DNA from: a candidate division FCPU426 bacterium
GTDB lineage: Bacteria > Oederibacteriota > JAAXVQ01 > JAUVAV01
DNA: 64,000 nt
Reading direction: 5' to 3'
NCBI GenBank assembly: GCA_040756875.1
Contig: JBFLYH010000001.1
Coordinates: 1,148,878-1,212,877, forward strand
In this document: positions 1 through 9,684 of the stretch, piece after piece
How the letters are laid out: every line of letters begins with the position of its first letter
Position numbering within the stretch: the stretch's first letter is position 1
The notes under the pieces: model-generated
Seen by the model: the letters and a program-made list of their open reading frames with translations, nothing else
Database searches by the model: none
Told to the model about the DNA's origin: nothing
Translations under genes and position numbers: made by a program

Positions 1-776
1 CCCCAGGGTTTGGCTTCAGCCCACGTCCGCCACCGTTCGGCGTACGCCTGTTCACCGGCTCCCACAGCCCTGCCGATCAGCACAAGATGCCAGTCCGGAA
101 ATTCGCCGGCCAATTGATCGAAGGCTTGCAACACCAGGTGCACGCCCTTGCCGGCATTGAGCCGGCCTGCATATCCCAACACCGGCGAAGCCGCGGGAAT
201 CTTCCACTCGCTTTTGAGGTCAACGCCTGCTGCTGCCAAGGCGGGGTTCCACACGTCCTCCACATCGATTCCGTTGTATAAGACCCCGACTTTCGCCGGA
301 TCGACCGGAACAGTCTTCAGCACGTTCTCGGCCACTAACCGCGAAACACCCAGCACGCGGTCCGTATGCCTAAAGACCCAGGCGTGGAAAGGATCCCGTT
401 TCGGTTCGGTTGCGTATACGTGCTTGGTAAGAATCACAGGCCGCCGGCCGCCAGCCAGCGCATTGGCCAAAATGAGGTTGGATAGATCGCGCGACCAATG
501 GACGTGAATAACGTGGACAGGATGGCTTCTCAGCCAGCGGGCCATCCCCAGGATGAAGACGGGATCGAAATAAGGCCGCGGCCGGCGGGCCACGACCGGC
601 ACGCTCCATTCGCCGGCCAGGCGGGCCGCCAGACTATCGGGCCGGGCCAGCACCCAGGCCGGGTGGCCCTGGGCGTTGAGCTTGCGGGCCAGGACTGGGG
701 CGTAAATTTCACGGCCGCCCACCCCCGGCGAAGAGACGACCTGCAGACTGCCGACCGGGGAATCGGACTTGCCCAT
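1..776 (-). CDS. Glycosyltransferase family 4 (RfaG-like); 3' end runs off the window
   Basis: Not in the ORF track because there is no stop in the window. Manual translation from ATG 776: MGKSDSPVGSLQVVSSPGVGGREIY...IHVHWSRD...VLYNGID...LGYAGRLNAGKGVHLVLQAF, typical GT-B/GT4 motifs. Confidence 0.85.
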   Translation of the reverse strand, partial: MGKSDSPVGSLQVVSSPGVGGREIYAPVLARKLNAQGHPAWVLARPDSLAARLAGEWSVPVVARRPRPYFDPVFILGMARWLRSHPVHVIHVHWSRDLSNLILANALAGGRRPVILTKHVYATEPKRDPFHAWVFRHTDRVLGVSRLVAENVLKTVPVDPAKVGVLYNGIDVEDVWNPALAAAGVDLKSEWKIPAASPVLGYAGRLNAGKGVHLVLQAFDQLAGEFPDWHLVLIGRAVGAGEQAYAERWRTWAEAKPW

Positions 777-788
777 GGATCCGCGGAT

Positions 789-1601
789 TTACCTGTCCCG
801 GGTTTGGTCCGGCCCGGCGTCCGCCACCAGGGGCTCGTCCGGTCCCTCGGCTTCAGCGTGCAAAGCCGCCACTTCCGCGGACACCGGCCCTTCCGGTTCC
901 ATCAACTGGGCTTCCACCTCGGATTCATCTTCAGGCATCCGTTCGTCGGCTTTGCCGCCCAGGTGGTTGTCAAGGCGCGCCTGAGCTTCCGGCCCTTCAC
1001 CGTTTCCTTCTTCGGCCGGTTCGGCCGCTTTTTTGGAGGGAGCGGCGGGGTGGAGCTTGGCGGCAATGCGGCCCTGGCACAACTCGCAGAAAGTCTGCGG
1101 TTTGGCGTCCAGGCCGAACAGGGCGTTGGCCGGGAATAGCACGCATTTTTTAGTGGGACAGGGGGGCAATCCGATGGCCATGCCTACCTGGTCAATCGCC
1201 TCGGTCACCGCGCGGCGCAGGAACTTTTCCGCATCCGACGGTTTTTTATAATAATCCTCGCGCAACCGGGTCAGAGCCATCACCGCGATTCCCTGCCCCG
1301 GTTGGTTTAGGCCGAACACGAAGTTTTTTTCGCCCGCGAACATATCGCCGTCCACCACGCCCAGCACGGCCACCAGGCTGTCGCGCTTGCGGGCGGCCAG
1401 CAGGTTGAGCAGGCGGTCAGCCAGGTATTGCCGCCGCTGGTCGGAATACATTTCCGTATCCGGTTCCTCGGAGCGGCCGATGTGGACGTGAAATTGATAA
1501 GACTTGCGCAGGGCCACCGCGATTTCGCCGAGCACCTCCACCAGCACCTTGCCGATGGGGATCAATAAAATTTCTTTTTTCGTCTCTCTGCCTTTTTCCA
1601 T
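789..1601 (-). CDS. Archaemetzincin (peptidase M54)-like protein with degenerate Zn site and acidic tail
   Basis: Y..xR.QY, NFVFG, RLREDYY, C-x4-C...FCxxC are typical of M54. HExxHxxGxxH is replaced by DQVGMAIGLPP. Confidence 0.8.
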   Translation of the reverse strand: MEKGRETKKEILLIPIGKVLVEVLGEIAVALRKSYQFHVHIGRSEEPDTEMYSDQRRQYLADRLLNLLAARKRDSLVAVLGVVDGDMFAGEKNFVFGLNQPGQGIAVMALTRLREDYYKKPSDAEKFLRRAVTEAIDQVGMAIGLPPCPTKKCVLFPANALFGLDAKPQTFCELCQGRIAAKLHPAAPSKKAAEPAEEGNGEGPEAQARLDNHLGGKADERMPEDESEVEAQLMEPEGPVSAEVAALHAEAEGPDEPLVADAGPDQTRDR

Positions 1602-1647
1602 CCTACCCTTCCTCCTCTGACATTTTCCGGTCCATCCCCGCAGGGGT

Positions 1648-2010
1648 TCAGGGCCGGATGATCATTTTCAGTCCGATCACCAGCAGAAACAGTCCGAAGA
1701 GCCGCCGCAGCAACTGATCGGGAATCATGCCGATCCAGCGGGCGCCGAGGTAGCCTCCGACCAGAAAGCCCAGACAAATCCAAATCGCGGCCCGCCAATC
1801 CGCCTCGCCCCGGCGAAGGTACTCCAGGGCGGCCAGCAACCCGATCGGGGGCAGCATGAGCAGCAGGGTTGTTCCCTGGGCCAGCTTCTGATCCATACCC
1901 GCGAAATACACCAACCCGGGGATGATCAGAATGGCGCCGCCGATCCCCAACGCGCCGCTGGCGGCACCCGCGATCAGCCCCATGGCCAACAAACCCAGGA
2001 TCATTCCCAT
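1648..2010 (-). CDS. TauE/SafE (TSUP) family half-size membrane transporter
   Basis: GLIAGAASGALGIGGAILIIP and QKLAQGTTL motifs; hydrophobic, about 120 aa. Confidence 0.85.
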   Translation of the reverse strand: MGMILGLLAMGLIAGAASGALGIGGAILIIPGLVYFAGMDQKLAQGTTLLLMLPPIGLLAALEYLRRGEADWRAAIWICLGFLVGGYLGARWIGMIPDQLLRRLFGLFLLVIGLKMIIRP

Positions 2011-2120
2011 ATGCCCGCCCTTCCCTGCACAAACGTGGAGTGGGAGTTTGCCGAGCACCGGCTGAACCGCGGCAGGCGGTCAGGCTAAAAGCAGGTGAAC
2101 TTCAGACAGCCTGGGGGGTT

Positions 2121-2690
2121 TTACCCGCCGCCGCGAAGTTTGCGGCGTTCACTCAGGCGGCGGTCTTTTCGTCGCCGTTCGCGCTGCCGGCGTTCGAGGC
2201 CGACATGCACGAGCGTTTTGCGCCTGTCGTCAAAGCGCCGCTCCAAATCACGGCGCTCGTTGGCCCGGCGGTCATGGACGATCAACAGGGTCTTCGGGCG
2301 AATGGCGCGGAAAATCAGGTAATTGCTGGCCTGGGCCACGGCCAACAGCACCAGGTCGCCGGTTTCGACGCCTTGTTTCTGGAACCAGGCTTTCAAATTG
2401 AACCCGGCCGGCCAGAACCGTTGACGTTTGAATACCTGGCCCTTCTTGCCTTTCGATTTCCGCTGACGGCAGCGGAATACCGCCGGTTCCTCGCTTTTGC
2501 CGTGGATATCGATCATCAGCACGTGGATCAACTCATCCTGGAAAAAACAGCGGGCCGGGATGTCCAGGTTGGACAGGTTGAGGTAGCCGTCCTTCAACTC
2601 TGTGGCGGACAGGCGGTTTTCGCATACGGATTCGGGTTCAACCGCTTCGTGAAAAAGCACGCGATTCCAAAAATCCTTGACCTTATGCAT
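2121..2690 (-). CDS. Hypothetical protein: putative B3/EcoRII-N-like domain plus (D/E)RRxx repeat tail
   Basis: 189-aa ORF with AG-rich upstream region. C-terminal DRRAN ERRDL ERRFD DRRKT...ERRQR ERRRK DRRLS ERRKL. Confidence 0.6.
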   Translation of the reverse strand: MHKVKDFWNRVLFHEAVEPESVCENRLSATELKDGYLNLSNLDIPARCFFQDELIHVLMIDIHGKSEEPAVFRCRQRKSKGKKGQVFKRQRFWPAGFNLKAWFQKQGVETGDLVLLAVAQASNYLIFRAIRPKTLLIVHDRRANERRDLERRFDDRRKTLVHVGLERRQRERRRKDRRLSERRKLRGGG

Positions 2691-2815
2691 ACTCCGCTCT
2701 TGCCCTCCGGATCCGTTTCGAATTATCGAGGTTCCCGCCCGTTGCGGGAGCGTCCCCTATGATAGTCAGGCACCTGGCTTAAATCAAGGAAAATGTCCGG
2801 CGCCCCGGACGCCGT

Positions 2816-4555
2816 TCATTCAATTTTGAATTCCACCACCAGCTTGCGCATATTTTGGGCGTCTTCGCTTAGTTTCTGGATGGCATTGGTGATCTGTTCG
2901 AAGGACACGGTTTGTTCCTCGACCGAAGCCGCCACGGACTGGGCCGCGATGAAATTGCTTTTTTCCAGGTTCTTCACGTTTTCGACCCGTTTGATCATTT
3001 CCTTCAGCGAGTCGGACTGCTTGGTCAGGTTCCGGGAAATCTCCTCGATGACCTGGGCGGACGATTCCGTGCTTTCCATGATCGTGGACAGGGCCTTGCC
3101 GGCCTCGTCCATCATGTGGGAGCCGCGGCCGACGACGTCCGTGGCCTGGCGGGTGGCTTCGCCCGTGCCTTTGATCTCGTTCTGAATCTGGCTGATCAGA
3201 TTCTGGATCTGTTCGGAAGCGGCTGCCGAATCCTCCGCCAGCTTGCGCACCTCTTCCGCCACTACGGAAAAGCCCCGCCCCGCTTCGCCGGCACGCGCGG
3301 CCTCGATGGCCGCGTTCAGGGACAGGAGATTGGTTTGGGAGGCGATTTTCCGGATGGATTCCACAAAGGAACCGATGCCGCTCAGGGACTGGGTGAGGCG
3401 CCGCATGCGCTCCTCGATCAGCCTCATCTTGTCGGAGATGCTGCCGATGACCGAAACCGAATCCTGCACGGTCTTTCCGCTCTGGCGCGAGACGTTTTCG
3501 GTTTGCGAAGACACCTGCTGGGCGTTCTGGGATTTGCGAGCAATGTTCACCAGGGTCCCCAGCACATCTTCGATGGTGTTGTGCGTGGCCGTGGATTCGC
3601 GTTCCTGTTTTTCCAGGTCCCCGGTCAGGCCCTGGACCGTCGAATTGACGCCGTCCGCGTTGGCGCTGAGCTGTTCCGCAGTCGAGGATATTTCCTCCAG
3701 CGAAACGTTCATTTTGGAAACCAAGCTTACGGTTTCCCGGACGATCAGCGCGATGTTTTTGATGAAAATGTTGAAATAATCGGCCATTTCGGAAAATTCG
3801 TCGTTCCGGCCGAGTTCCAGGCGCTGGGTCAGGTCGCCGCGGCGGGACGCGATGTCCTTAAGTCGCTGTATAAACTGGGTGATGGGCTGCAGCAGCCAGC
3901 GGCCGAAGAAAATGGCCGCAACCGTCCCGGCCGCCAGGGCCAGAATAAAAATGATCAGCATCTGCAGGGCCATGCGTTGCTGAAGCTCTTCCAGGCGGCT
4001 CATGGACATGCCCACATGGACCGTTCCCAGGGTTTCCTCTGTCCGCAGTTCCTCTTCCCCGCCGCCGGCTTCGCCGTACCCCTCCAACAGGGAGAGTTCC
4101 TTGTTCACCATGGCCTTGGTGTCCCCGCCGACCTTGCGAACCAGGGCGGCGTGGTCGTAGGCCCAGCGGCCGTCCGGCATCCTGATCCGGTTGACCGTGA
4201 TTTTATCGCCCACGAGAATGCGCCCGAGTTCCTTGGTGACGTGTTCGAAATCCACGGTCCCGTTTTCCGCGACGATCTGCCCCTGGGCGTCGTAAATCAG
4301 GATCCACAGGATGTCGATCTCGCGCATGAGGCTGTCCGCCAGAGTGAACAGGGCGTCGCGGTCGCGGCTGTCCAGCACTTTCTGGCAATTGATGGCCATG
4401 TTGCGGGTAAGGGCTTTGCCGCGTTCGAGGAATTCCTGTTTGACGACGCGTTGCTGCTGGATGAAACTGGGAACAAAAAAGGCGATGCCGAGCCCGAAAA
4501 CAAAGGCATAGATGAAAACGAAAATGGATCGTCGGATACTGGTTTTCTTTTTCAT
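2816..4555 (-). CDS. Methyl-accepting chemotaxis protein
   Basis: Two TM segments, HAMP (GDLTQRL...[11 protein letters not shown]) and signalling tip [38 protein letters not shown]. Confidence 0.95.
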   Translation of the reverse strand: MKKKTSIRRSIFVFIYAFVFGLGIAFFVPSFIQQQRVVKQEFLERGKALTRNMAINCQKVLDSRDRDALFTLADSLMREIDILWILIYDAQGQIVAENGTVDFEHVTKELGRILVGDKITVNRIRMPDGRWAYDHAALVRKVGGDTKAMVNKELSLLEGYGEAGGGEEELRTEETLGTVHVGMSMSRLEELQQRMALQMLIIFILALAAGTVAAIFFGRWLLQPITQFIQRLKDIASRRGDLTQRLELGRNDEFSEMADYFNIFIKNIALIVRETVSLVSKMNVSLEEISSTAEQLSANADGVNSTVQGLTGDLEKQERESTATHNTIEDVLGTLVNIARKSQNAQQVSSQTENVSRQSGKTVQDSVSVIGSISDKMRLIEERMRRLTQSLSGIGSFVESIRKIASQTNLLSLNAAIEAARAGEAGRGFSVVAEEVRKLAEDSAAASEQIQNLISQIQNEIKGTGEATRQATDVVGRGSHMMDEAGKALSTIMESTESSAQVIEEISRNLTKQSDSLKEMIKRVENVKNLEKSNFIAAQSVAASVEEQTVSFEQITNAIQKLSEDAQNMRKLVVEFKIE

Positions 4556-4701
4556 CCGCAGCTGGCGCTCCTAACCCATTCCCGGGCTGGTCTGTCGACG
4601 AGCGATTGGCTTATCTAAGCGAACATGTTGGTTAGCCACTATTTTAAAGCATTTAATGGCATTGCTCAACTCTATTCTCCTGGCCTGAGACCGGACGGGG
4701 T

Positions 4702-6576
4702 TCAGACGAACCTTCCCCGCCGCCCCGCCTGCTTGCCCCGGGCTTTGTGAGTTTCCAGTTTCTGCTCGTAGGTAAAAAACACTTCGCGTTTGGTAAGCAT
4801 GCCGAGCAGGCGGTGGTCTTGCGCGTCCAGGACAGGAAGTTCCTCGCTGTCGAAACGGGCGAACTCCGTAATGGCTTGATGCAAATTTTGCTCGGGGGTC
4901 ACGAAGGGGAACGGAAACTTGGCAATGTCGACGGCCAGGATCAGCTTGGGGGCCCATTCCCCTTCCAGCAGCAGTTCCCGAAGATCCTCAAACGCAATCA
5001 CGCCTTTGACCACATTTTGTTTTGTGACCATGGGCAACAGGTGCTGTTCCTTGCCGCTGAATTTGTCCAGAATCTCGGCGAGCGGGGTGTTGAAGAGTAC
5101 GGTGACCGGCTTGGTCCGCAGGGCCTTGGTGTCCGCAATCGTGAGTCCCTCGAGGAGATCCGCGATGAAATCCCCCTGATGGGCGGGCGAATCGATGGTG
5201 CTGGCCGCCTGCCGCTCGTACAAGGACACGCGGTGGTTGAACAACACCGCGATGGCCGAGACCAGCATCATGGGGATCAGCAGGCCGTAACCGCCGGTCA
5301 TTTCCGCCACTAAAATGATGCTGGCAATGGGTACTTTGGCCACGCCGGCAAAAAAACCGCCCATGCCCACCACCACCAGAGCCGTGGGGTCCGGCATCCA
5401 ACTCGGCGGCAGCCAGCCCTGCAGCGACGCCCCCAACCCACCGCCCAACATCGCTCCGATGAACAGGGACGGCGCGAAAACGCCTCCCGAACCGCCGGAA
5501 CTGATGGTAAAAGACGTGGCGAGGATCTTGCCTACGACCAGGAGCAGCATCAAGTGGGCGGTCAGGCTGCGGCTCATGGCTTGCTGCATGACATTATAGC
5601 CGCCGCCCCAGACCTGGGGCAAAAACAGCACCAACAACCCGAGCAGCAGCCCGCCCAGGGCGGGTTTTAACCAGGCCGGCAGGGGCAGCGGTTTGAAAAA
5701 ACGGTCCCGCAGGCCGTAAAAGCAGCGCACATAAACGCTCCCCATCAGGGCGCAAGCCAGACCCAGGCCCGCATAGACCACGAGTTCTTCCGCGGCGTGG
5801 AAATGCAGCTGCGGGATGACGAACAGCTGTTCCTGGCCGACGAGCCGGATATAGAGGGAGAACGACGTCAGGGAGGCGATGATCGCCGGAATCAGGGCTT
5901 CGGTCTCCAGTTCGTGGTTGCGGTACAGGACTTCGGTGACGAACAAGGCGGCGCCGAGCGGGGCCTGAAAGATGGCGGAAATCCCGGCCGCCGCCCCGGC
6001 CAGCACCATGAGACGGCGGTCCTGGATCGACACCTTGAGCCAGCGCCCGAGGAGCGAGCCAAAGCCGGCGCCGATCTGCGCAATGGGGCCTTCGCGGCCC
6101 GCCGAACCGCCGCTGCCTATTACCGCCGCCGAGGCGAGGGTTTTCACCAGCGGCACCCGCGCCCGGATCAAACCCCGGCCGCGGTGGAAACTGTCAATGA
6201 CCGCGTCGGTTCCATGCCCTTCCGCCTCGGGCGCGATCCAAAACACCAGCACGCCGGAAATCAATCCGCCCAGCGCGGGGATCAGGGGGATGAGCCACCA
6301 CCAGGGGCGGCCCCAGAGGATGTGGATCGTGCCGGGGAGAGAGGCAGTGCTTGGCGCCAGCCGGTGCAGCCAGGCTTCGGTAAAAAGGTTCTGGGACAAC
6401 TCCAGCAACAGGCGGAACAGCCAGGCGCCGAACCCGCCGACCAAACCGATGAGGAACCCGAAAAAAATCCAGCGGCCGATGAGATGGAATTCGCCGCTCG
6501 ACCATAACTGGTTCAGCCAGCCGGTGATTTTCAGTTGGATCGAATTCAGAAGGCGGGGGATCTTCATTACGGACAA
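4702..6576 (-). CDS. ClC chloride channel/antiporter with C-terminal CBS pair
   Basis: GSGGSAGREGP, GGSGGVFAPSLFIG motifs, multiple TMs, CBS domains. Confidence 0.93.
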   Translation of the reverse strand: MSVMKIPRLLNSIQLKITGWLNQLWSSGEFHLIGRWIFFGFLIGLVGGFGAWLFRLLLELSQNLFTEAWLHRLAPSTASLPGTIHILWGRPWWWLIPLIPALGGLISGVLVFWIAPEAEGHGTDAVIDSFHRGRGLIRARVPLVKTLASAAVIGSGGSAGREGPIAQIGAGFGSLLGRWLKVSIQDRRLMVLAGAAAGISAIFQAPLGAALFVTEVLYRNHELETEALIPAIIASLTSFSLYIRLVGQEQLFVIPQLHFHAAEELVVYAGLGLACALMGSVYVRCFYGLRDRFFKPLPLPAWLKPALGGLLLGLLVLFLPQVWGGGYNVMQQAMSRSLTAHLMLLLVVGKILATSFTISSGGSGGVFAPSLFIGAMLGGGLGASLQGWLPPSWMPDPTALVVVGMGGFFAGVAKVPIASIILVAEMTGGYGLLIPMMLVSAIAVLFNHRVSLYERQAASTIDSPAHQGDFIADLLEGLTIADTKALRTKPVTVLFNTPLAEILDKFSGKEQHLLPMVTKQNVVKGVIAFEDLRELLLEGEWAPKLILAVDIAKFPFPFVTPEQNLHQAITEFARFDSEELPVLDAQDHRLLGMLTKREVFFTYEQKLETHKARGKQAGRRGRFV

Positions 6577-6625
6577 TCGTCCGCATTCAGACTATGGGGC
6601 ATGAGACAACATCGCGGTGCCTCCA

Positions 6626-8113
6626 TCATTCACGCGCCCATTCGCGGGAGCGGGCCACCGCTTCCTGCCAGCGTTCCCGGTGGTTTCTCCGTTCCTCCTC
6701 GGACCAGTGCGGCTGAAACACGCGCCCCACGGTCAGGAAACGGTGCCGGGCTTCCTCTTCGGTCCAGAACCCGGCGCTGATTCCGGCCATCAGGCCGATG
6801 CCGACCAGCCCGGAATCGAGGTGTTCAGGCCTTTCGATGGGCAAGCCGGTGATGTCGGCCTGGAATTGCAGCAGGAAATTGTTGCCGGCTCCCGCGCCGT
6901 CCGCCCGCAGGCGCTGGATGGCATGCGGTGAGGCTTTGCTCAAGGTCTGCAGGTTGTCCGCCAACAGCTGCGCCACGCCCTCGAGCGCGGCCCGGGCGAT
7001 GTGCTGCCGCGTGGTGCGGAAATTCAATCCCAGCAGGGTCCCGCGCGCCTGGGGGTCGAAATAAGGCGCGGCCAGCCCGGCGAAAGCGGGCACCAGATAC
7101 ACGCCCGCCGTATCCGGAACTTCGGCAGCCAGGGTTTCGCACTCCTCGTACGAAGTCAGCAGGCCGAGGGCGTCCTTCAACCATTGCACCACCACCCCGC
7201 TGCCGGGCAGCTGGGCTTCCAGGCAATAGGTGGCGTGATGGTCCCGCCGCCAGGCCAGGGTCGTCAGGATTTCCCCGCGAATCAGGCTTTCAGAGCCGAT
7301 GCTTTGCTGCAGAAACAGATTTTTGCCGTAATGAACGCGTCCCACGGCCGGATCGCCCGCGGTCAGCGCGAAAAAGCCCGCTTGGTGGCCGCAATTCATG
7401 GCCAACACCGGCACGGAGATGCCCAGCACGGAAGGATCGATCTCGCCGATAAATCCCCGGGAAGGCATGATGCGCGGCAACAATACCGCGGGGATCCCGA
7501 AAGTAGCCAGCAACTGGGGTTCCCATTGATGGGAGTTGAGGTCGTACAGCATGGTGCGGGAGGCATTGGCCGGTTCGGTGGCGTGCAGGCGGCCGCGGGT
7601 CAGCTGCCACAGGATCCAGGAGTCCATGCTTCCGAACGCCAGCTCGCCGGCGCGGGCCTGCTCCCGGGCCTCGGGCACATGATCCAGGATCCAGGCGATT
7701 TTGGCTGCGCAGGTCGTGGGGTCCAAAAACAAGCCCGTGCGGTAATGCAGCATGGGTTCCCGGCGGTTGTTGCGCAGCACGCGCACGATGGGTTCGGAGC
7801 GGCGGTCGGCGCCGCCAATGGCGGGATAGATCGGTTTTCCGGTGGCGCGGTTCCAAATCAGGAGGTCGCCGCAGTGGTTGGCGAGGGCCAGGCCCCGGAT
7901 CCGGTCCGCGCCCACCGTGTCGACGACTTTCATCAAAGCGCGCTGGGTCGCCTGCCAAATTTCCTCGGGTTGATGTTCGATCCATCCGGCTTGGGGAAAA
8001 TGCTGGCTGTATTCGCTCTCAGCTGACGCCAGTGTGCCCAGGTCGCGGTCCAAGGCCTGAACGCGGAGTCCCAGGGTTTCCAGTTCCACTACCAGCAGCA
8101 AATCAGCGCTCAT
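6626..8113 (-). CDS. Glycerol kinase (FGGY)-like protein with degenerate catalytic motifs
   Basis: PQAGWIEHQPEEIW, ELAFGSMDSW, NASRTML, VPAFAGLAAPYFD, HIARAALE are GlpK-like. DQGTT and GDQ motifs are altered. Confidence 0.85.
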   Translation of the reverse strand: MSADLLLVVELETLGLRVQALDRDLGTLASAESEYSQHFPQAGWIEHQPEEIWQATQRALMKVVDTVGADRIRGLALANHCGDLLIWNRATGKPIYPAIGGADRRSEPIVRVLRNNRREPMLHYRTGLFLDPTTCAAKIAWILDHVPEAREQARAGELAFGSMDSWILWQLTRGRLHATEPANASRTMLYDLNSHQWEPQLLATFGIPAVLLPRIMPSRGFIGEIDPSVLGISVPVLAMNCGHQAGFFALTAGDPAVGRVHYGKNLFLQQSIGSESLIRGEILTTLAWRRDHHATYCLEAQLPGSGVVVQWLKDALGLLTSYEECETLAAEVPDTAGVYLVPAFAGLAAPYFDPQARGTLLGLNFRTTRQHIARAALEGVAQLLADNLQTLSKASPHAIQRLRADGAGAGNNFLLQFQADITGLPIERPEHLDSGLVGIGLMAGISAGFWTEEEARHRFLTVGRVFQPHWSEEERRNHRERWQEAVARSREWARE

Positions 8114-8147
8114 CGGCCCTCAATCCTCTCGCGGCCCGCGAAAATCG

Positions 8148-8399
8148 TCAGTTCCAAGGGCACGCGCCGTTGGCACAGCTGCCGCACCCGGACTCCGGCT
8201 CCGGTGAACCGCCCTCTACTTCTTCCCCGCCGGAAAACTTGATCGGTGATCCTTTTATGGTGATGCCCGGGGCGGTGAAAACCCGCCGGCCCGGAGCCTG
8301 GCATTGGGGGCAGGCGGAAGGCTCGGAAGCGGCAGTCATGGGTTTGTCCACTTCGAACCGCTGGCCGCAAGCCGTGCACGAATAAACATACCGGGCCAT
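8148..8399 (-). CDS. FmdB family zinc-ribbon protein
   Basis: Y.Y.CxxCG..FE...CPxC plus C-terminal CGSCANGAC. Confidence 0.85.
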   Translation of the reverse strand: MARYVYSCTACGQRFEVDKPMTAASEPSACPQCQAPGRRVFTAPGITIKGSPIKFSGGEEVEGGSPEPESGCGSCANGACPWN

Positions 8400-8400
8400 C

Positions 8401-8823
8401 CTACCGCTCCCTCCGGAGGGCGAATTGCGCGCGCATGATCACAAACGCCACGCCCACCGCCGTCAGCGGCACTCCCAGCAGCAGGGCGCCCAACCAGGCG
8501 CCGCCCCGCACCCAGGCCAGGATGAGCGGCAGGAGTCCGGCCACGGCCAAGGCCGTGCCGAAAGGAACGGGTGCGCGCCGCGCCATCAGCACTAAAATCA
8601 GCATGGCTGCGCCTGGCGCCAGGACCACCGGATAATACCACCAGACTTTCGTGCCCAGCGCGGATAGCAGGCCGAAAATAAGCCAGAAGCACCCCAAGAA
8701 AACCCCGGCACCCAGGAGCAGCCAGGCGGGCCAGGCCGGGTGGCTGCTGGCCGCATCCGAATCAGCGACCGCTTTGGCCGCGCTGAGTTTGAAAGGACCG
8801 CCTGTGGGAACCGTCGCGCTCAT
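8401..8823 (-). CDS. Hypothetical membrane protein (about 4 TM)
   Basis: Hydrophobic ORF tightly packed between its neighbours. Confidence 0.6.
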   Translation of the reverse strand: MSATVPTGGPFKLSAAKAVADSDAASSHPAWPAWLLLGAGVFLGCFWLIFGLLSALGTKVWWYYPVVLAPGAAMLILVLMARRAPVPFGTALAVAGLLPLILAWVRGGAWLGALLLGVPLTAVGVAFVIMRAQFALRRER

Positions 8824-9527
8824 ACTTCAGTCACCGAATCCCAGAATCGCCGTATTAACTGGCGTCCATACAGGGAAGCCACCTGCCCGACCGTGCCGGC
8901 CTGTTCAGCCAGTTTGTGCCGTGAAAGGCCGTGCAAGCGGACCAGCGTTTCCTCGTGTTCGCGGGCGAATCCTTCGGCCATTTCCGGCGTGACTTCCAGA
9001 TGGAACTGGAATCCCCAGGCATGGCCGTGGCGGAACGCCTGGTTGGGGTATTCGTCCGTCGAAGCCAGGCGGATCGCGCCCTGGGGCAGCTCGAATCCCT
9101 GTTCATGCCACTGAAAGACAGGCAGTTCCATGGGAAACCCGAGCAGCAACGCATCCTTCACGCCGTCGTAGGTCAGCATTACGCGCGAATATCCGATCTC
9201 CGCCCTCGGACCGTTGGTCACTTGGGCGCCCAGGGCCGCGGCCATTAACTGGGCCCCCAGGCACACGCCCAGTACGTGCACATCCATCTCCAGCAACCGC
9301 CGCAGGTATTCCAATTCCTTGATTAAAAAAGGATGCTGTTCGGTGTCGTCGACATTCATGGAACCGCCCAGCACGATCGCGGCCAGCGTGTCTTCAGGCT
9401 GCGGCAGCGGCTGCCCCTGCCAGAGCCGGACATATTCAAAGCGGGCGTACCAGCGTTTCAACTCTTCTTCCCAAACGCCCAGGGGTTCGCTTTCAGCATG
9501 TTGCAGTACGTAGAGTTTCTTCATCAT
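8820..9527 (-). CDS. Type 1 glutamine amidotransferase
   Basis: VLGG, GVCLGAQ nucleophile elbow, QFHLE triad. Confidence 0.92.
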   Translation of the reverse strand: MMKKLYVLQHAESEPLGVWEEELKRWYARFEYVRLWQGQPLPQPEDTLAAIVLGGSMNVDDTEQHPFLIKELEYLRRLLEMDVHVLGVCLGAQLMAAALGAQVTNGPRAEIGYSRVMLTYDGVKDALLLGFPMELPVFQWHEQGFELPQGAIRLASTDEYPNQAFRHGHAWGFQFHLEVTPEMAEGFAREHEETLVRLHGLSRHKLAEQAGTVGQVASLYGRQLIRRFWDSVTEV

Positions 9528-9684
9528 TCCATTCCCAAGTTTTTTCTGTCCGGGTTGCCACAGAGAGCACAGAGATTTCAGGAGTATGGAATCCGCAAAA
9601 AGGCGCTGTGTTCCCTATGAACTCCGCGATTCAAACTGCTTTTATTAATACACCAGATACGCGCTTTTCGCAACCCGTTTCGTT

